Shown here one piece after another: positions 11,421 through 24,440 of a stretch of 64,000 bases of DNA. The notes beneath the pieces are model-generated. The model worked only from the letters and a program-made list of their open reading frames with translations, ran no database searches and had not been told where the DNA came from. The DNA comes from Felis catus (lineage: Eukaryota). Position numbers and translations under genes: made by a program. Location of the stretch: contig NC_058368.1 in the NCBI RefSeq assembly GCF_018350175.1, positions 236,780,001-236,844,000 on the forward strand, read 5' to 3'. Position 1 is the first letter of the stretch; every line of letters starts with the position of its first letter.

Positions 11421-14400
11421 AGTAACGAGAGATGCGTAACATATGTCGTACCCGGAGGAGGTTGGAGAGTGGCTGGTGCAGGGGTGACGGGTACAGGGAG
11501 CTCTGTCACCCACGGGCTCTCATGCAGGCATCTGAGGGGGCTGACGAGGGAGCAGTCCGCTTACGGGACCCCCAGCGTCCCCCACAGGAAGGTGCAGAAT
11601 CACACGGAGCATACTTGAAAGAGTGCACATGGAAGAAGTTTCAAGCTCCTTTGATAATCACTGAGTTCCTAATTCCACGTGGAGTTGGTTCCTAAATCCC
11701 AAATTCCCAGGGAGTCACATGGTAGGAATCCACTGAGACCATCCAAGGTGGACATTGCAAACTTTTTAAATTGTGCTCAGACTTTATGAGAATACGGTCT
11801 GTATATTCACATGAGGGGGAATGAAGTCAACATCAGCAACTGAAATAATGGAAGACAAAGGTGCAGGACCCTGTGTAGTGTATTACCACTTGTGTAAAAG
11901 CATTTGCACATGAAGTTGGCCTTTAGAGGCTATGACCTGAAGGCTGCAGAATGAAATTTATTGTTTCTTTATCAGCATGCCCTTTGGACCACGAGGGGCC
12001 CAGAGACACTCAGAAATCCCACGGGTCTTTTCCTTTACCAGATGTGTTTGACTTCGTGTTTCTGTTTCAGTTCTATTTTCTAAAAAACGAAAGGACCTAT
12101 TTCTTGTGAGCTTTGTTTCATGAATGCACTGGCCTTGACTGTGGCCTCTGCTAATATGGAAAAGGCGGGCTTGGGACTACTTAAAAATGATTCTTCTGCA
12201 CGAGGCAAAGTCCACTGCCACAATGGTGGCTAAAGGGATCTTTCTCTGTACTTTGGTGGAGAAGAGAGGGATGAGGTTTGTCACCTCGTAACCCAGAGAA
12301 ACAGAGCCTTGAAGTGGGAACGTACCCACATGGGAACAGCTACTTAAACCAAACAACAACACTGATGTGACTCATCTAAATATCGCTGACAGTAAATCTT
12401 CCTTTGCACCTGATTCTCAATTTTATGCGCAGAATGTCAGGCGCAGAGGGTTCATAGGAGCTTTCTTGGTGCACGTTTTTAAGTAATAGAAATTTAAATA
12501 ATTCATGTCTACGCTAGAGATGGATGAGAAAGTGAATCCCCGTACAGAGAGCCTATGCACTACCCCATTCCAGAAACTGCTCTGTGCGAAATCTCTGCAG
12601 ACCAGGACACCCAGGGCCTGTTGCCAACTTCTCGGGCCCCCTTCAGGCAGAAAGCAGAGCAAAGCCACCACGTAAAGGGCCCATCTAGGTTACACTGGTG
12701 CCGACGCTCAGGTCATCTGTGTTTCCCAGAAGACACGGGTGGGGGGCTCCTTCCTTCCTCCCTCCACCCCCACGTCCAGGTCCAGCGTCCAGATGGGGTT
12801 GTGGGTACACGAGGTTGTCTCCACCCGGCCAACCTGAAGCGTAGTGCGTGTTCGTGCGTGCTATTTCGCCATAGTCCCTGACCGCTTTACTCCTTCCCTG
12901 AAGGGTCCAAGGGGATGAATAGCGGGGGGCATAAGGCAGAGCACCCCACCAAGAGCGGCTTCGGCGAACGAGGCTTTTTTACATCCTCCTGGAGGGGACG
13001 GCTCAGAAGCTCCACGGGGCCTCCCGGTCTCAGGATGGCTGTGGGATCTCAGAGCCCAAGTCCGCACGGCCGACCAGGAGACAGGGGTTGGCTGGTGGAG
13101 ACCTCGTTTCTGTTGCCACGCCAAGGACCCTTCCAGAAGAGTCCAGAGAGGCTCCCCGGCCCGCTGGCGGCCCGGGGCGCCCTGAGACCAAGGGAGCGGA
13201 GCCAGCTACCTGAGCAGGAAGGGCGGGAGGAGGGGCGGCTCGGCCACAAACGAGCCTTTCATTTTCATTTTTAAAACACTGTCACGCTGGCGGGTAATTG
13301 TAAGAAACCTAAGAATTGTAGGAAAGTCCGACATTTATGAAAACAAACTAAAGGTTTATGAAAATGTGCTCAGAATATCAGCCCGTTATATGTAATAACA
13401 AAAACACTCGTTTGGTGTATCCAATATTGTTTGGACAAGATTCAATTCTATTTTTAGGGGACTTCAATTTCCTTTCCCATAAACTCCATGAAATACAGTA
13501 TGTGGCATATTTATAGTGACCCTTTTGAAGAGTGTTACACTTTTGGACCCTTTAATAAGTCTAGATGAGATGGTCTCCCCCTCACCTCGCTGAGCAAATA
13601 AATAGATGGCCGTGACAATCATCGGAATTAGGCACCGTGTCCCTCTGTCTCCCGTGTCCCCCGTTGCACGGCTTCCAGGGCCTAGAACAAAAGCTCTCTC
13701 AAGACGGTTCTAAGCAATAAAGACAGTATTTAGGGCCATCTGGTGATTCCATTCAATTTATTTCTTTGACAAGACTTATAAATAAGAAAGCATAATTTCC
13801 AGAAGCGATCATTAAATTTACTATGCAAACAACAAGCCACAGCCACCCCCCCTGCACCTTTTCCCTCTAGTGCACATGTGGGGCCTACTTACAGCATGAG
13901 CATTTCACAGCCCTCTGCATTTTCAAAGCACTCTGCAAAATTAGCCAATTTACTCTCAGAGAGAGGAAGGTAGGGGTGCCCGCAAGGCGGTGAGGTGAGC
14001 TAGTAGGGGCTTTTCCGCATCTGAGGAAAGCCTCGCTGCCCACTCGGCCGCCATTCGCAGCCACACGCTTGTGGTCCCTGGGGGGCGTCCGTCTCACATG
14101 AGGTGACCCCTGGAGACACGACTTCTCGCCAAAGAGCACAGCACCTTGTCTCCCCACGCTGAAGGAAGAGACAGCAAAGCCACTGCCTCACCCCCAAGGC
14201 AGCCCAGGGCCTACCCTCAGTACCATCCACCCCACAAGTACCAAGAGCCCAATGGCCAGCAGCCAACACCATCCCCACACTCCCCTGGGATCCCCCATCC
14301 CTGACCCAGGGCCCCGGTGACTCTCAGGGGATTTCGTTTGCTTCTCTCAATGAACGCCCCTTGGATGTCGACTCGCATGAGTAAGGTCTCTTGCGTTGGC

Positions 14401-14489
14401 ATAAACTCATCCCGAGGACCCCAAAATCCCTCAAGATGTGGTGGGAATCCTTTGTGATTTCTTCCCGGGGATTGTTATGATGAGAAATG

Positions 14490-15632
14490 TATTTTTAATT
14501 TTTAGACATTTTTGTACAAGTATAATTAACATATAATGTTCGATTAGCTCCAGGTGTACAATACAATGATACAGTAATGCTGTATGTTACTCGGTGTTCA
14601 TCATGCAAAGCGTGCTCTTTTTTTTTTTAAGTTTATTTTTGAGAGAAAGAGCACGAGCAGGGGAGGCGGCAGAGAGAGAGGGAGCCACAGGCTCCAGGCT
14701 CCGAGCTGTCAGCACAGAGCCTGACGCGGGGCTCGAACTCACAGACCATGACCTGAGCCAAAGACAGATGCTTAACCGACTGAGCCGCCCAGGCGCCACT
14801 GAAAAGCGTGTCCTTAACCCCCATCACTTATTTCCCCCACACCCCCCACCCCTTCACTCTGGTACACATCCGTGTGTCTCTATAGTTAAGAGTCTATTTC
14901 TTGGTTTGTCTCTTTTTGTTTGTTAAGTTGTTTCTTAAGTTTCACATATGTGTGTCATCGTATGGTATTTGCCCTTCTCTGACTTATTTCCCTTATCGTT
15001 ATACCTTCCAGATCCATCCATGTTGTTGCAAATGGCAAGACTCCCTTTTGTTTTATGCCCAAGTAACATCCCATTATACAGACACACATAATCACATATA
15101 CACCTTCTTTATCCATTCATCTACTGATGGACACTTGGGTTTCTTCCGCCTCTTGGCTGTTACAAATAATGCTGCTGTAAAAATAGGGCTGCGTGTATCC
15201 TTTGGACCTATTGTTTCCATTTTCAGTAGTGTGACTACCGCATGGTACGGTAATTCGATTTTTAATTTTGGGGGGACTCTCCGTACTGTTTTCCACCACG
15301 GCTGCAACACTTTGCATTCCCACCAACAGTGCATGAAGGTTCCCCTTTCTCCACATCCTCACCAACACCTGCTGTTTCCTGTGTTTCTGACTTTAGCCTT
15401 TCTGACAGGTGTGAGGTGATAGCTCATTGCTGTTCTATTTGCATCTCCCTGATGACGAGCGATGTTGAGCATCTTTTCAAGGGTCTGTCGGCCATCTGTA
15501 CGTCTTCGTTGGAGGAATGTCTCCTCATGTCCTCTGCCCGGTTTTAATTGGATTATTTGTTTTATTTAATTTTTTTTTTTTTTTGGTGTGGAGTTGCATA
15601 TACTCTTTATATATTTTGGATATTAACCCCTT
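14490..15632 (-). mobile_element. Carnivore L1 ORF2 end and 3'UTR, interrupted by a SINE
   Basis: Minus ORF 15092-15334 HCWWECK...LKIELPY...IFTAALF...KPKCPSVDEWIKK is the L1 ORF2 C-terminus. Confidence 0.9.
14620..14799 (-). mobile_element. Can-SINE nested in L1
   Basis: Antisense SINE body; diverged TSD core aaagcgtg at 14607-14614 and 14803-14810. Confidence 0.92.
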
Positions 15633-15654
15633 GGAAAAATGCGTGTTAGAAGCA

Positions 15655-16190
15655 TCTTGCCCATCCATGCCACGGAATGCCACTCAGCAATGAAAAGAAG
15701 TGAGCCAATGGTACACACGACAACCTAAATGAAGCTCAAGGGATTATTGCTGAGTGAAAAGACAGCGAGGCCTCAATGGTTCCATACTGTGCGAATCCAT
15801 TTACATAACATTCTTGAGGCGTCACGATTCTGGAAATAGGGAACAGACTGGTGTTTTCCAGGTGTGAAGGAGGGGAGGGGCAGGGGTGAATGGTGAAAGG
15901 CAGGCCGTCGTGTGGAATCCTGACGGGGGTGGCCACTGGTTGTGGTGGGGTCTGTGCGTGGATCCTTCCAGCTGGTAAAAGGGCACAGAACTAAACACAC
16001 ACACAATGAACACGTGCAAAATCGGGAAATCAGGGCAGGACTGGTGGGTTACACCAATGTCGTTATCTAGTGGTGATTCCGTGCTGTGCTCACACGGGGT
16101 GTTTATCACTGTGGGGAAGCAGGTATGAGGAGTCTCTCTGTACTATTTCATGCGGCTGCAGGCCATTCTACCATTTTCTCAAAATAAACC
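15655..16190 (+). mobile_element. Old L1 (L1MC/L1MB-like) 3' end
   Basis: catccatgccacggaatgccactcagcaatgaaaag...tgctgagtgaaaa...ccatactgtgcgaatccatttacataacattcttga. Confidence 0.75.
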
Positions 16191-16719
16191 ATGAAGCTTC
16201 ACCTAAATGTGTGTGGCATCCCAGGACCTGGCTTACACCCTGGGCAGCATCCATTCTGCTCTTAACCTTGTTCTTGTGTTCTCACCCCTCTTGGCCAAAG
16301 CAGCTTCTGGGTGCCACCGCACAAATCAGCAGCTGCGAGGCCTGTGGAAGGCTGGCCTGGTGGGGTCGGGCAGACGCCCCCCTCCTCCATCCAAAGCGGT
16401 GCCACTGCCTTCTGGTTGTCCTCTGGCCAAATCTGAGTCTGCGGAAAGGTGTGTAGAGGCGAGTTCTACGTCGCTGTTAGGTATTGTCTGCATGTCGCTG
16501 GGGGAAACATTCCCAGAACACTGAGCCCACGTGACCGCCCTCGCGAGCAGCTGAGGACCTCGGGAGGAGCCGTGAACACCACCGAGAGAAGTTCTTAACG
16601 TTGCAGCCAGAATCATCCCATAACGCATAAGTGGGATCAGGCGACATCTCTGACCCAGGGTCCCTAAAAACCCCCATCTTTTCTTCACAAAAACCCAAGG
16701 CATGACCATAGCTCCATGA

Positions 16720-16890
16720 CCCCACCCAGGCTACCCCATGGACCACTTCTCTGACCGCCTGCCCCCATCATTCGTTGACTCCGTACACAGTGGCCTCCTC
16801 ACCTTTCTCTGGACGGCCCAAGCACACTTCTACCCCAGTGTCTTTGCACATGTTTCTCCGTCTCTAGAAAGCTCGTCCCCTCAATACCTG
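16720..16890 (+). mobile_element. L2 fragment
   Basis: tggcctcctc...ccaagcacacttctacccca...ctttgcacatg typical of the L2 3' region. Confidence 0.55.
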
Positions 16891-16894
16891 CCTG

Positions 16895-17530
16895 CCGGGA
16901 CAGAGCCAGGTTTTGCGTCACAGAAGCTTATACAGGGTTGAGGCGGGGGGGAGGGCATAGGCCTTCTTAAAAAAATGCGCATTGGGGCGCCTGGGTGGCG
17001 CAGTCTGTTAAGCGTCTGACTTCAGCCAGGTCACGATCTCGCGGTCCGTGAGTTCGGGCCCCGCGTCAGGCTCTGGGCTGATGTCTCAGAGCCTGGAGCC
17101 TGTTTCCGATTCTGTGACTCCCTGTCTCTCTGCCCCTCCCCCGTTCATGCTCTGTCTCTCTCTGTCCCAAAAATAAATAAACATTGAAAAAAAAATTTTT
17201 TAAAAAATGCGCAAAATTGTCAATGGAAAATTAGACGCAAAAGTTGATATTTATTTAGAAGGATCGCATAAAACACATTACAAATTTTAGAAGTTTGAAG
17301 ACCACATATATCAGAAAATCCGAAATGATAATGTGTCTTCTTAACCAACTTCCAGACACGGTTCTATCACAGCACTTTCCACGTTTGTGTTGCTTCTTCT
17401 TATGACAACGATTTACTAACATCATCTTTGTACAGAGAGCAGGCTGATGACGGAGGCTGTCTGAGCGGAATTTGCTTTTTATCTTTGATGTCTGGAGGGT
17501 GGTCACACAAGTCTGTCCTCTACCAACAAA
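16895..17530 (+). mobile_element. Probable hAT-Tip100 DNA transposon fossil (Arthur1-like); may extend to ~18000
   Basis: ccaggttttg...gaagcttataca...aaaattag...gatatttatttagaa matches a recalled Arthur1-type 5' end. Confidence 0.5.
16984..17201 (+). mobile_element. Can-SINE (SINEC_Fc)
   Basis: Full body; TSD aaaaaatgcgca at 16970-16981 and 17202-17213. Confidence 0.96.
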
Positions 17531-18199
17531 GTCTGGTAAATTCCATTTTGGTCTAGTCCCATTTTTTTTTAAGAAATAGAAAGAAAGAAAAGGGGGTTCC
17601 CCACATCGACAGTGGGATGTGCTGCCCAGGCAGGAATAGTCCTAAAAGCAAAGGCTCCTGTTTTGAGCAAACGTGGAGGAGACCTGAGTCCCCCCCGGCC
17701 CTGGAAATTGTATAAACGCAGTAACTGAAAGAAGGTTCTGGCACGGTGCACTTCAGACCTGTGTCCCGTGCAGGCACCCACAGAGACACGCGCCACAAGC
17801 CGGTCCCTCGTCCCCGGAGGCTTCACGCTGGGACCCAGGCAAGGGTTCCCACCAACTGCTATGTAACCGCAATGTTCACAGATCACATAGGAACATTCAC
17901 TAAACCCACCTAAGGCACCCCAGCCCAACCTCAGCTGAATCAAAAAAGCCTCCACAGCCCTAAAGCCACCTTGCCCCAGGGCAGTGCCACGGGGTGGAGG
18001 GGGAGGGGGGGAGGGGGATCCAGAAGAGGAGGGTCCCGACCTCAGGACAAGCCTCCATCCTGGGGCACCAGCCCCGCCACGCAGAGAGCGCCCACCCAGC
18101 TCTCTCTGACACAGAGCGGGTTTTCAGCAGGTGACCCTGGGGACACCTCCCTTCGCTGTCCTTCCGATCTCTTTATCTCCGGGCCTTTGCATTGTCTAA

Positions 18200-18346
18200 C
18201 ACCCTCTGTATTTTACACGAATGCACTGACTCTCCCACCGCTAGAATATAAGACGCTTCTCCTGTTAGGTTCATGCTCAGTCTCCGGGCCTAGAAGAATC
18301 TTGGCTCAGGAAGATGGTTGGGTCAATATTTGCTGAATAAATAGAT
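18200..18346 (+). mobile_element. L2 3' terminus
   Basis: ctagaatataag...gcctagaa...tcaatatttgctgaataaat. Confidence 0.7.
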
Positions 18347-20185
18347 CAATAGCTCCAACGTCCCTAATAATCGCTCCTCTTGGTGGCGTATGCGCATCTG
18401 GGACGCACGTCCACACACGAGGGCAGTGTGACTTCGGGAAATTCTACTCAGCTTCTGGGGTCACCTGCAGCGATGGCTTCGCCCTCCGGCCCTTTCAGGG
18501 CCACAGGGAAACAACAAACAGGGCACCCGGAAGAACCTGGGGCAGGAGAAGGTCTGAGGACCTGGAGGTCTCAGGGGGCGCTGGGGGGGGGGTGAGGGAG
18601 CCCCTGCTGTGCACCCCGTTAGCTGGTCTGCACCCCCCACGGTCCCCTAAAGACAACACGGGGCCGAACCACTTACCCCGCAGAAAGGAGAGCTGAGGTC
18701 CAGAGCTGGCGCCCAGTTCACAAGGAAGAGCGGCTCACGGCAGAGGTGTGGGCGATCCCCACCGTCCGCGGCTCCCATCGGCGGGCGGGCCCCCTGCGAA
18801 CGGGCCCCCGTCTCGGAGAAAGTCTGCGGAAACACGCACGTGAGTCCCTTCTCCCCGGTGCCGCCCTAACCCACAGGATTTCCTTGTGCTCAGGTGTTTT
18901 TTGAGACATTTGTGAAGTCAGAGCGCATCTGGGAAGTCCGGTGATGAATTCCAGAAAAACTGTTATGAAGTTAATGGTGCATATTACAGTTGTCAGCACC
19001 TTAGAATTAGGGAAATGTGATATTTAATTACCCACTCTTCTACCATATTTCCCCCAAACACTCAGAACCGAGTGTAGAAAAGGTGGCTTTGGACGGGGAA
19101 GCCAGGGCACAGGGAAGGCTGACCGCCAGGAAAGCTCGGAGTCCGCCCCAACCCCTGGCGCCTTGGAGCGCCCCCCCCCCACTCCCCATGTAGGGACAGG
19201 GCCGCTGCCCCCAGAGGTCCAGGCTGTCTCTCCCGCACCCTCCCTCTCACCCCTGCTCCCCCTTCTGCCCCTCCTCCGGCTCTGAATCACCAGGGCTCAC
19301 TGCCCTCAGAACAGGAACCCATGGGACCCTCACTGCCTTCCAGCGCCAGGAATCCAAGAGCTCAGCTGCCCTCGGTCTCGCTTTGCCAAATTCCTTGGAG
19401 ACTTGCGCCAATTCTACGAAGGCTTATTTCGGCACAGACAGGGGTGTCCTCTTGGGACTGTCTCACACCACGGTCTCCCCCACCCACTGGGAAGCAGGGG
19501 AACCCCAGACCCCTGCTGCCCACTGCCAGGAACTGGGAAGGAGTCAGGATCATCAGCCCCCGGCTGGACCCGAGAGTCTGACTCCCCGGAGGAGGCTGTG
19601 TGAGCCTCTGATCTCCTCAGGACACCCAGGAGAAGGATCCCGATTCCTTCAGAACCTAGGAGGCGGCTCGGGGCGTAAGTGCACCGAGCTCCCAGCACCG
19701 CTGGGGGGCCCCGGGGCCCTCGGAAGCCCCTGCCCCCCATCCAAGTAGACCGCGACCATGCAGGGTGGGTGCCCGTGCGAGACGTCGGTCTGCATTCTCC
19801 CGTGCTGGGAGCCTCACGTGTTACTCCAGAGTGGATTCACTTGCTGAAATGTGCTCGAATTCACCACAAAAGCGGGAGCCCGCATTTTCAGATCATAAAA
19901 GGGCTTCCCACATGTCTTTGATATGTTGCCGCAGGAGGACCTAACGAAAAGCAGGATCCTTTGGGGGCTTTCTTTCCCCCTTGGTCTTAAAGGAGAACGC
20001 TTCCTCCAACTTACTCATTTGGTTGTGAATTTTGAAAACCTTCAAACCCAAGAGAAAATTTTTTTCGAATTAGCACCCTGAGCATCAACATACTTTCCCC
20101 GGATGTTTACGGCCGCTCCCAGGGAGTCCCGCTGGCCCCTTCCTCCGGGCTCTGCCCGTGTCCTGCCGCCTCTCTGTCCCCTGTG

Positions 20186-20386
20186 TGCACACTCACACGC
20201 ACTCGCACGCACTCGCACACACTCACATTCTCACACGCACACACGTTCTCACACACTCGCACACATACAGACACTCACACATCTTAGCATGCTCACGCAC
20301 ATCGCATACTCACACATTCACGCTCACAGACACACACACTCACTCACACACAGCACACACACTCACAGACACACACACTCGCACAC
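20186..20386 (+). repeat. Degenerate CA-rich repeat
   Basis: About 200 bp of cacact/cacgca/cacaca units. Confidence 0.9.
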
Positions 20387-21068
20387 TTTACCTGGACCGC
20401 TTGAAAATAAGCTATAGACGTCACAACCTCCCTGCCCGCGCCCTTCAGCACGATGGTCTCCTGTGTCACCAGCCAATGCCAACAGCACCATCAGCCAAGG
20501 GTTTAACTTCATGTCACAGCACTATTTACTGTATGGCTCACAAACTTCCTCAGTTGTCCCCAAAACATCACTTAGAGGTCTTTTCGTCTTCAGTTCAATC
20601 CCGACCCAACCAAGGCCCAAGAGCAGAATTCAGAGGCCGTGTGTCCTCATTTTCCCTTCCTCCCACGCTCCATTGTTTATTGTCTTGTCCTTCCTGGTCT
20701 TGACGTTTTGGAGGAGTGTTCACATTCCAATTTGCTTTGTGTTTCTTCACGACTGGACTCAGGTTGAATATTTTAAACACAACTGATGGTTAATGTCCTG
20801 TACTGCCCACCACACCTGCCAGGAGGCCCTCGTGTCCTTTGCTCCATTGAGGGTATCATCCGATCTCTTGGTTGAGGTGAAACAGCACAGGCACCCATCC
20901 ACAGAGGAAAGCCTGAACACACCCCACCCGGTACATCCAGGTGGCAGAGGGCTGCCCAGACGTACAAAGTAACAAAGATGCTCTCAATGTCACTGTGAAT
21001 GATTTCCAGCTACTCCTTAAAGTAAGACAATCAAATAGAAAAAAAGTGTAGACACCATGCCACTTTTC

Positions 21069-21094
21069 AACATTATTTTAATGTTTATTTATGT

Positions 21095-21136
<42 letters not shown>

Positions 21137-21303
21137 TGAGCAGGGGAGGGGCAGAGAGAGAGGGAGACACAGAATCCGAAGCAGGCTCCAGGCTCCGAGC
21201 CGTCGGCACAGAGCCCGACGCGGGGCTCGAACTCATGAGCTGTGAGATCATGACCTGAGCCGAAGTCGGACGCTCAACTGACTGAGCCCCCCAGGTGCCC
21301 CCC
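21069..21303 (-). mobile_element. Can-SINE with expanded (GA)n
   Basis: Antisense SINE, (GA)~18 at 21098-21133; flanks catgcYactt. Confidence 0.95.
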
Positions 21304-23796
21304 AGCATGCTACTTCTTAAACACAAAGGAAGGGAATATAAATGAATGTTACATGTACTTGCCTACTTTTACAAAAAAGAAGCGCAAGAAAGATACAGCA
21401 GAAACTGACTTCGGGTATGTCTTGTAGGAGCTGAATCGGATGGGCTGGAAGATATAACAACGGGGGCTAAGGTTTCCTGAAGAACCTTCTGGCATATGTG
21501 GTTTTAACTTTTGGACACAGAAACACCTTTCGCCGTCAGAATAGTAACATTCAACTAAAAATGAATGCTAACATTGAATTCACCAAGAAAAAAAAGTATA
21601 ACTGTGACCCAGTGGCCAGCACAGCCACGAAGTAAAAAGAATGAATTTCAGCCACCTGTGAGCCAGTGGCCGTCTTAGCCAAAACGCAGAGCCTGGCCGC
21701 GTGGGAACGGCCGCGTAAGGACAGAGCGTGGGGACGGGAATCCTCTCTCAGGTGTGTTGGCTGGTGTCTGGAAGGACCTTCCCATTTCCTTGTCGGGATG
21801 TACCCCACGGAACAGCATTCGGTTTCCTGATTATAAATCGTGCAGGACGTTTCATCTCAGGAAAACTCTGTTGCCTGCGAATCTGGTTAGTGCCAGACTG
21901 GGACCCGACTGGTCCTGGAGGACAGCTGCCCCGGCATGGTGGCCGTGCCACCCCCAAGGACAGCAAGCCGCCCTGCTTCTACCTCGGGGTCCAGGCGGGG
22001 TTGGGGGGGCTGGAGGAGCCCGGGCGGCTGGGGGCTCCAAGCCGGCCTAGCGCTCCGCGTCCTGTAACAACTATGCAGCCACAAGGCGGCCAAGTGCCCC
22101 GGGAACACCATTTCATCTCCACAGATGTGGTTTAGAGGCAAATAAGTGGCACCCACTGAGAATGGTAATGGACTTATTTCCTGGGCTCTAAATCTTGACA
22201 TAGCGTTTACTATCTGGATTCAGATGAAGGCCATGAAAAATGGACAAACTCAGACATCTCTGTTAGACAGGCCATAAAAGGCACGTGTTGAATAGCTTTT
22301 CAATACTTCCCATGTCCCTCTCCCCACGAGGAGAATTAAGTGGGGCCCTGATGGCGGGCGAAGGGGGGCTGGTTGCCGTTATCACGGAGTTCTGCCCGGG
22401 ATTTAACGAAGAGTGAGATGTAGTCGCACGACGCGCGGAACCCCCGGCGGTCTCATCATTATGGGCCCTATTTCTCAGTGGGTTGTGTGCGTCTCCTCGC
22501 ATGTGCGATGCGATGGAAAAAATGTGATTTCAGACTCCAGCACTCCCGGGGGCTGTCTTCAGGGCTGGCACGTCCTCCAGGACAGCGAGGCCTCGAGGGC
22601 TCGAGGGCTACGCTGCAGTGTTCCCGTCCTCAGTTTCGTCACCTGTAAATGGGTTACTCTCGTATTTGCCCCCTGGGGTTCCTGGGGATGAAGGAGGTGA
22701 TAAAGTGGGTGTCTGGGAGTGCACTCCACCTGTCCGCTCCCCCCCCCCCCACCGCGTCCTAAGCTGCCCCTCTTACAAAGTCAGGAAGCCAGGAAACAGG
22801 GACAAAACAGGGATAATGATTTCTGAAGTGCAATTTATAAAACCATAAAAGCAACCCGTAGGACCGCCTCTGAGGCTACGTTCATAAAAGGAGCTCACAC
22901 ACGATACGGGCTCCCACGTAAAACTCCTTTCTCCTTCCAACTTGGTCTTTCTGTCATATTTTTCCCAGTGTAAATTCTACCCAGTGCAATAGGCTAAGTT
23001 GACCCAGATGTTCTGATGGTAGTGCCAAGGAAGCCCGTCTGGGGAGCTCCAGGTTTGGTATATTATAGTTCTGAAAAGCTATGGGGGGGGTTATCTCTTT
23101 ATCGGAAGTGAAATATGGGCACCTAAGCTTAATGATCGGGAAGAGCAAAGTTCAGTCGGTGGCTTTGTCATCTAAACCTGAGCCTACACTGAAAGCGCCC
23201 AGAGGCCTTCCCTCTGCCAGCTCCTCGTCCCTTATCACCTACTGCAGGACACCTCCGTGCATTTGTGGGCCCATAAGGTGACTGCCTCTCACTCCCCATT
23301 TCCCAGCCATCGCCATGATCCACGTTACAAGATTTTGTGGGCGGAGAAAAGCGGTGTCTAGGACAGAAACGCTCACTCTAAGATTACACGTTTCAAGATC
23401 CTTCATTTAAAGGGAATGTCGTCGAACATCGGGGTCTGTGATCGCTTCGGATGCTTGACACTGACAAAGAAATGTGGGGTGAGGGTTCCAGAAGGTTCCA
23501 GAGGGTTCCAGATGGAAACGTTTGCGTGTTTAGTCTCTCCAGGGAATTCTTTGGACCGCCAACGCTTCCTCATCCTCCTGAACAGAGTCATGTCAGGGGC
23601 AAATATTCCCCAGATGAAATAGTGGGAAAACAGCAGCAACTACCTTGCCAGGTATGTTAGTAGAAACTCAACGGGAACGTACGGGGACAATAGTAGCCAT
23701 GGAAGGTCTTACTACTGCCTTTTCAAGCACGTTCCAAATACCGAAATGCCGAATTCTATTGTTGCCACAAGTCCTGGCATGGGGACTGCCATATGT

Positions 23797-23911
23797 TTAC
23801 GTTTTTTATGTTTATTTTTTTAAGGAGGCTCTATGCCCAACGTGGGGCTTGAACCCATGACCCCAAGATCCAGAGTCCCATGCTCCACCGACTGAGCCAA
23901 CCAGACACCCC
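23797..23911 (-). mobile_element. Short older Can-SINE
   Basis: gtggggcttgaacccatgaccccaagatccagagt...ccgactgagcc; tgccatatgt on both sides. Confidence 0.85.
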
Positions 23912-24289
23912 TTAGGGGTTGCCATATGTAAAGCAAAATGGTGGCAATAAAAAACACCTCACCTATTAGATCTTTTACTTGCTAAAAAGGTTGGATTTAC
24001 AATTTACACGCCAAGGCTAGTTAAGGAGTGAGGTCGGAGTCAACACAAGCACACGGTGTTTTGAAGTCTACCTGCACAAACAGCTACCCAGGAATCGTGT
24101 TAGGCACCCAAGAATGCGTGGGCACATCCGGAATGCAGCATGGATCGGGCCCAGATGGAGCTGAGTGGCCGGCCTGACCCCAGGGACCTCAGGGGACACA
24201 GTGGCACTGAGACGGGATGGACAGTGCGGTCTGCTCAGACACCATGTCACCATGATGGGGACACGGTGAGGGCCACACAAGTGTGTCCC

Positions 24290-24440
24290 TGCCAGTTTCC
24301 AGCTGTATGACTCTGGGAAGCTCCTCAGCCCCGGCCCCTCAGTCTGAGCATCTCTCAGATGGGTTCATGCCACCCACAGAGTTGTTGTAAGCAGTCAACT
24401 TCACCTTGTCCACAATGGGCTGGGCAGGACGCCAGGAGCA
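24290..24440 (+). mobile_element. MIR
   Basis: ctgtatgactctgggaag...cctcagt...cacagagttgttgtaag. Confidence 0.55.
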
